NCBI GenBank assembly: GCA_963662265.2
Contig: CAXXHA010000011.1
Coordinates: forward strand, 155,611-219,610
Length of the DNA stretch: 64,000 bases
Reading direction: 5' to 3'
From: Spirochaetia bacterium
GTDB taxonomy: Bacteria > Spirochaetota > Spirochaetia > CADAEX01
Below the pieces are notes generated by a model. It worked only from the letters and a program-made list of their open reading frames with translations, did no database searches and was not told the origin of the DNA. Below, one piece after another: positions 58,297 through 64,000 of this stretch (position 1 is its first letter; each line of letters starts with the position of its first letter). A program made the translations under genes and the position numbers.

Positions 58297-59585
58297 TCAG
58301 CAGCCGCTGTTTATCATTTCGGCAAGAAATGATGAGTCGGGGAGCTTGTGAACAGCTTCCCGTGGAAGAAATACCCTTATTTTTCTTAATACCCCTGTAA
58401 AACCCTTTACAACAGGTTTTTGTAAAAACTGATGATGAGGCTGTGAAGTTTACAGTATTTCTGTCTGTTATAATAGGAAGGTCAACTTCGAAAGATATCT
58501 GTTCAGGTATGTCTATGATTATGAATACAGGGTCAACATCTATTGAGTAATCTTTTTTCAGTTTTATCGATATTTCCTTTTCAATCCTTGAACGTGTATT
58601 GAGGAATGTGAGACAGTGGTGAGCGGAATTTTCTATGTTAAACGGCACTTCTACCGCTGTTTTCAGGAAATCTCGCATCGAAACCATGTTTATCAACTGG
58701 AAAGGCTTGAAGCTGCTTTTCCTGCATTTCATGAAAAGTGTCTCATCATCAAGACCGTAAAGCTCTTCCGCCTTGATAGCATCCTCCTGCATCCCGGTAT
58801 AGAGTGCTTTCTTAACCATTGATGTTGCGACACGCACAGTCTTGTGCCAGTAGACAGCCCTGTACATCAGGTATTTTGAAAAGAGGAGGTTTTCAACAGC
58901 AGGAATACCGCTTTCAAAGAGAGCAATACCTGTTTTTTCATGAGGAGCGATATTGTTGATTATAAAGTCTATATCCTGTATTCCGTAGGGAACACCGCAG
59001 TAATATGCATCCCTGTTAAGGTAATCAAGCTTGTCCGGATCAAGTACTCCCGAGAGAAGGTTTCTGAAGAAAAGGATTTCCCCTGTAATATCTTCTTTTA
59101 CATTCTTGTCTACAATAGGCCCTCACAAAATAGGGGTCTATTTTAAGATTTTCTCTTATTACAGACTTGAGAGGATCTGTTATTATGTAGTTCCCGGTGA
59201 GTTCTTCATGGTCGAGGAGGGGAAGCTCCTTAAGCGAGTGGGCAAATGGAAAATGGCCCATGTCATGGAGAAGCGAAGCGCATAGAAATGAAAGAACACC
59301 CTCCATACTCAAGGAGGGACAACTGTCAAAGCTGAGAAGCTGATGGATTATCCGTTTGGATATATGAAAAACACCTATGCTGTGGGCTAGCCGTGTGTGT
59401 GTCGCCCCGGGATATACATGGTATGAGGGACCGAGCTGCTTTATCCTGTTAAGCTTTTGAAGAGTTTCAGAAGAGAGAAGTTTCTTAAAACCCCGGGACA
59501 GCATGATGTTGCCCCAGAGCGGATCCCTTACAGGTTCTGTATAATCATTATCAAGGTGTCTTAAAATATCTTCTTTCAGAGTCAT
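58297..59585 (-). pseudogene. HD-domain phosphohydrolase (dNTPase/SAMHD1-like), several apparent frameshifts
   Basis: RDPLWG, RIKQLG..VYPGATHTRLAHSIGV, LLHDMGHFPFAH, DPDKLDYL (other frame), MYRAVYWHKTVR. Confidence 0.8.
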
Positions 59586-61545
59586 TTAACGCTTCTTTAA
59601 AGTCCGAGACTTTGTTTTGTGTAGTTAAGCATTCCGCCTGAAACAAGAATTTCAACAGCTTTTCTGTCAAGATCGTGGACAAAGATATATTCCTTTCCAG
59701 TCTCTTTATCTACTGCCTTTACTTCGTTTCCGCTTACAATATCATCCCTGAAATGACGTGAAGGTAAGTTTTTTTACCTTTTGCAAGAGAATTGTAGTCT
59801 GCGGGATCCTTGAAGGTAAGAGGCATGATGCCGAAGTTCACAAGGTTTGCCTTGTGTATTCTTGCAAAGCTTTTTACAATAACAGCTTTTACTCCCAGGT
59901 ACATGGGTGCAAGGGCTGCATGCTCACGGGATGAACCCTGGCCGTAGTTTTCTCCCCCCACGATAATTCCCCTGCCGGCACGCTTTGCATTGTCATAGAA
60001 ATCAGGTTCAAGAGCTTCAAAAACAAATTTTGAAATCTCGGGAATATTTGACCTGAAAGGAAGAACACGTGAACCTGCAGGCATTATATGGTCAGTTGTA
60101 ATATTATCTTCAGTTTTAATTAGAATCTCTGCTTCGAAAGATTCTTCAGCTGCTTCAGCTTTCGGGCAGGGCTTGATATTCGGTCCCCTTGAAATTTCCA
60201 GAGAGTTGAAATCTGATTCAGGAGGCAGGCGGAACAAGCATGTTATCATCTATTGTAGTGAAGTTCATGTAGTCTTTTACTTCGACAGCAACTTTTCTGG
60301 GGTCTGTTATGCATCCCATGAGTGCTGATGCTGCTGCTGTTTCAGGAGATGCAAGGAATACTTCAGCATCTGCTGTGCCGCTTCTTCCCTTGAAGTTTTC
60401 TGTTGAATGTTCTTACAGTAACGCCGCCTGACCTGGGCGCAAATCCCATTCCGATACAAGGCCCGCAGGCAGATTCAAGAATTCTTGCTCCGCTTTTCAC
60501 GAGTTTTTTTATAATACCTGCATCCATAGCTGTTTCAAAAACCTGTTTTGAACCGGGAGAAATACCGAGTGAAACATTTTCTGCTACTGTTTTACCTTCA
60601 AGTATATCAGATGCAATTCCAAGGTCATTTATGGATGAGTTTGTACAGGAACCTATTGCAGCCTGGTCAATTATCTTGCCTTCTATTTCACTCACTTTTA
60701 CAACTCTGTCCGGCATGTGAGGCTGGGCAATCATCGGTTCTATTTCTGTGAGATCAATTTCAATTACCCTGTCATATGTACAGTCATCATCTGCTTTCAA
60801 TTTCGCTCCAGAGGTTTTCCCGTTCTTCTGGAGTTTCAGGAATAGCTTTTGTAACATTATCTGACGGGAAGAGTGAAGTTGTTGCGCCAAGCTCAGCACC
60901 CATATTTGTGACAGTAGCTCTCTGGGGAACAGTAAGAGATGCAACACCGTCTCCTGTGTATTCGTAAATCTTGCCTACTACCACCCTTGACTGTTTCAAG
61001 CTGGAGTATTTTGAGAATTATATCCTTTGAACTGCACATGGGCTGGAGTTTTCCGGTAAGCTTTACACCGATTATTTCAGGCATTACAAGGTTGAAGGGA
61101 GCGACCTGCCATTGCGCATGTCGATATCAAGACCGCCTGCACCAATTGCAATCATTCCAAGGCCTCCACCTGTGGGTGGTATGGGAGTCAGATCCCAAGA
61201 GTGTCTTTCCGGGAATTCCGAATCTTTCAAGATGTACCTGGTGACAAGATCCCGTTTCCGCGGCCGTGAAAAATAAAGACCGTATTTCTTTGCAAAACTC
61301 TGGAGGAATTTATGATCATCCATGTTTTTATAGTCAGACTGCAGTGTATTATGGTCTACATAGGAAACAGAAAGTTCTGTCTGAACTCTTTTAATTCCCA
61401 TTGATTCGAACTGAAGGTAAACCATTGTACCTGTTGCATCCTGAGTAAGTGTCTGGTCAATTTTAATACTTATTGCGTTTCCCGCTTTCATTTCACCGGA
61501 TACAAGGTGTTTTTCAAGAATTTTGTAAGCAAGTGATTTTCCCAT
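59586..61545 (-). pseudogene. acn: Aconitate hydratase (short ~640-aa type), many apparent frameshifts
   Basis: TQDATGT, YVDHN, NMGAELGAT, IGSCTNS, ACGPCIG, DNITTDHI, NYGQGSSREHA, SFARIH spread across several frames. Confidence 0.85.
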
Positions 61546-61808
61546 CTGGAACTCCCGTAGATAATTTGATGAAATTATAATTGTAATTACATTTTATGTC
61601 AAAAGAGTTGCTGTAGCAGAATGTTTTTTTTGATAGATACAGGGTATTAATTCAGCATTATGGTCTATGGTCTAAATTAAAATAAAATGATGCAAAAATA
61701 AATAGTTTTTAGAGATTACCTTATATTAAAATTGCAGGCATATATAAAAATCAGATAACATTATTTAAAACAGTTCCAGAAAAATAATTTGTGATGTAAT
61801 ATAGATAT

Positions 61809-62570
61809 ATGACTTTAAACAAGATATTTCCTTTTTTTATCATTCTTCTAACAGTGTTTTCCGGATGTAATGAGGGAAAAAATACTGAAAAGGAGAAAAA
61901 GACCGGGGGAAAACAGGAAGCAGTTGAACAGCCGTCTGTATCCGGGAATGGAAATGAAAATATATCGCCTTCATCCGGTGTATCTGATGAAAATACTGAA
62001 TCAGGAGGCAATTTCTACGGCAAGGGAGACAGGATAAAACGTGTTGAGATAGGTAAAACTGAAAAAAAGACTGTGAAGCCTGTTCAGAATTTCATCAACA
62101 CAGATGAAAACATGATTAATAATTACTTTCTTCTTTCTGAACTTGCCGGGAAAGAATTAATCGAACCTGAGGATTTTGAAATAGGCAGTCTGTATGCCGG
62201 TGAAAAAGAGCTTGAAGGCCCGGCAGAACTTGCTGAAAGCTTCTTCAGAAAACTGGGAGAGGGTATTGTTGAAAAGGAAGTTATAGTTTCTGATAACAGA
62301 TTTTTCCTTGGTAAGATTTTTGAAGATTATGTTAGGAATAAATGTATTCCTGATTCAGTGAGGATTGGAAAACCTGTAATAAAAGGAAAAACCGCGACAG
62401 TCAGTTTAAGATTCAGAAAAAAGAGTGGAAAAACTGAAGGGGAGGTTATTATAATAAAGGAAAATAATAACTGGTTTATCAGCAGCTTCAGGGGAGATTT
62501 ATCACTTCTTGATTCCGAAACTGATCAGGATAAAGGTAAATTCGAGCCTGAAATATATAAATTCAACTGA
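61809..62570 (+). CDS. Hypothetical lipoprotein
   Basis: Lipobox VFSG-C, low-complexity linker, C-terminal RIG..A.V.LRF..GEV..W domain. Confidence 0.7.
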   Translation: MTLNKIFPFFIILLTVFSGCNEGKNTEKEKKTGGKQEAVEQPSVSGNGNENISPSSGVSDENTESGGNFYGKGDRIKRVEIGKTEKKTVKPVQNFINTDENMINNYFLLSELAGKELIEPEDFEIGSLYAGEKELEGPAELAESFFRKLGEGIVEKEVIVSDNRFFLGKIFEDYVRNKCIPDSVRIGKPVIKGKTATVSLRFRKKSGKTEGEVIIIKENNNWFISSFRGDLSLLDSETDQDKGKFEPEIYKFN

Positions 62571-62582
62571 GAAAGGTCTGTT

Positions 62583-63821
62583 ATGGGGATTGAAACAAAC
62601 AGGATAGAAACAGAATTCATTATCAAGTCAGTCTGTGAGAAAAAGGTTGCGGTTAAAATCCATAAAGGACGTAAAATTGTAAAATGCAGCTTTGAAGATT
62701 ATGATCTTGAAAAAACTGTAAAAGTAAATATTGATGAAAATGATAAAAAACATTTCAGCCTGGATGATCAGGTAAAAATATATTTTTCATATTTCAGCCA
62801 TGTAATGACATTCAACGCAACAGTAAAAAGAAATTCAGCAGAATTCCTGATCAGCTATCCGGAAGTGCTATATAAAAACCTTAGCAGGAAATATGAAAGG
62901 GTTAAGCCTCCTGAAGGATCAAAAATAGAATTCACTGTCAAGGGTGAGAAATTTGAACTGAATTTCCCGAAAACTGATGAATATAATTCTGTCGATGCCC
63001 CTGATTTTGATCCATCCGCTTTTTCTGTAAAAAATATTGCGGAACTTGTAAGTGATTTCCGTGAGAAGATGCTTGAGCATATTAAGATTGTTAATATTGT
63101 GACATTCAGGAAAAAGGGACCGCAGCAGATAGAGGAGATGATTGTTGCGAGGACAGGCAAGGTCCTTTTTATCCCCTCGACTAACGAAAAACTTCCCGAA
63201 GACAACTTTGTTGAAAATGTTCCTGTACTTAATGAAGAAGAAATTGACAGTTATATTGAGAACGGAAGCAAGAACCTTAAAATAAGGAATTTTGAAAAAA
63301 GCAGCGATGGTGTACATTCTGAACTTTACTGTCCGATCCTGTACAACGAGTATGTCATAGGTTATGTGCAGCTTGTTAACAGGGACGAGATGAAGTCAAT
63401 AATCAGCAACGAAATACTTGAATACACGCATCAGTTTTCCAAGATTCTTGCTTTTTCCCTTAAAGTAAATAATTATTTCAAGGAAAAAACAGTTGATTAT
63501 GAGAAATTCGAGAGCAGTATTATAGATATTAGTGCTTCCGGTCTTCTTTTCTGTTCACGTTCAAAAAAACTGGATAAGTCTTTTTTCATATATACAGATC
63601 TGAAAGCAGAAATATTCCTTGGCGGAAGTGTGATAAATGCAAGCTGCAGAATAATGAGGAAATTCAAGAGCAACGGAACTGTTTTTTACGGAATTATTTT
63701 CCTTGATATTGCGGATGAAGATTTCGAACTTCTGTTTCTGATGCTGTACGGCAGAAAAATGACAGATGATGACAGGGAACTCTGGGAAGGGGGAGCAACA
63801 CCGCCGCCTGTTGAGATATAG
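62583..63821 (+). CDS. Spirochaete-type PilZ-domain protein (PilZN, GAF-like, PilZ)
   Basis: RKYERV (RxxxR), ELYCPILYNEYVIGY, IIDISASGL (DxSxxG), YGIIF. Confidence 0.82.
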   Translation: MGIETNRIETEFIIKSVCEKKVAVKIHKGRKIVKCSFEDYDLEKTVKVNIDENDKKHFSLDDQVKIYFSYFSHVMTFNATVKRNSAEFLISYPEVLYKNLSRKYERVKPPEGSKIEFTVKGEKFELNFPKTDEYNSVDAPDFDPSAFSVKNIAELVSDFREKMLEHIKIVNIVTFRKKGPQQIEEMIVARTGKVLFIPSTNEKLPEDNFVENVPVLNEEEIDSYIENGSKNLKIRNFEKSSDGVHSELYCPILYNEYVIGYVQLVNRDEMKSIISNEILEYTHQFSKILAFSLKVNNYFKEKTVDYEKFESSIIDISASGLLFCSRSKKLDKSFFIYTDLKAEIFLGGSVINASCRIMRKFKSNGTVFYGIIFLDIADEDFELLFLMLYGRKMTDDDRELWEGGATPPPVEI

Positions 63822-63842
63822 AAAATATTTTTACAGTAGTTA

Positions 63843-63871
63843 TTGACAAAAATTTTAAATATTTATATATT
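63843..63871 (+). promoter_or_regulatory. Sigma70 promoter of the tRNA gene
   Basis: TTGACA-17 nt-TATATT, about 18 nt upstream of the tRNA. Confidence 0.7.
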
Positions 63872-63889
63872 CACCATACGAATAAACGT

Positions 63890-63962
63890 GGTGGCGTAGC
63901 TCAGTTGGTAGAGCAAACGGCTCATATCCGTTCGGTCAGGGGTTCAAGTCCCTTCGCCACTA
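63890..63962 (+). tRNA. tRNA-Met(CAT), probably elongator; CCA not encoded
   Basis: Acceptor GGTGGCG/CGCCACT plus A73, D arm GCTC/GAGC, anticodon stem AACGG/CCGTT with loop CT-CAT-AT, T loop GTTCAAG; lacks initiator C1:A72 and GGG/CCC; G4-G5 argues against Ile2. Confidence 0.93.
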
Positions 63963-64000
63963 AAAAAACATTTTTAGTAAATCGTTATTATATAACGAAT

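Noticed and set aside
58297-59585. Antiphage dGTPase defence gene
   Set aside because: It sits directly behind aconitase (TAAATG coupling) like a housekeeping HD hydrolase, with no defence-island context.
63890-63962. Initiator tRNA, tRNA-Ile2, or an integration site
   Set aside because: No C1:A72 mismatch or three G-C anticodon pairs; acceptor stem is more like elongator Met; no integrase or duplicated 3' end in the window (downstream sequence not visible).
1-64000. Complete DGR cassette (TR, Avd, RT), retron or other RT system
   Set aside because: No ORF with RT motifs (YxDD in an RT context) and no AAC-rich copy of the 21321-21473 region found by eye on either strand; only the target side is supported.

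Overview
AT-rich chromosomal window from a spirochaete (Spirochaetia/Spirochaetales-like gene content: mcsA-mcsB-clpC without ctsR, Maf/DUF115 pair, spirochaete-type PilZ, ComFB and TPR proteins). Most of it is housekeeping or envelope genes: lolE-lolD-lolE, rnz, GldA/F/G-like ABC, sugar isomerase plus ROK regulator, amrB, ftsB-tsaC, DHODH-like, rsmE, fumC, mutL, panE-like, ttcA-like, HD hydrolase, aconitase and tRNA-Met. No CRISPR array, transposase, integrase or reverse transcriptase was seen. The best candidate for a new system is 17058-23514: a vWA protein, an exported CsgG-like/DUF4384 protein and two exported caspase(C14)-PEGA-FGE/C-type-lectin proteins. The 3' end of the first caspase gene looks like a diversity-generating retroelement (DGR) variable region: 11 of 11 ligand-site codons are NNY, it sits in a GC-rich patch, and GGA-triloop hairpins follow the stop. 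It is therefore a probable trans-targeted hypervariable receptor-protease. The DUF4384 partner carries a copy of the caspases' own (T/S)RGL linker motif. Also notable: an SprA-like giant envelope protein split at a C10 tract, an A13-TAA slip/stop tract, a McsB lacking catalytic residues and a PopZ/FimV-like acidic protein. Many homopolymer frameshifts at about 57.9-61.3 kb look like long-read assembly errors, so single-homopolymer frameshifts elsewhere need read-level checking. All domain calls are from motif recognition by eye, not database searches.
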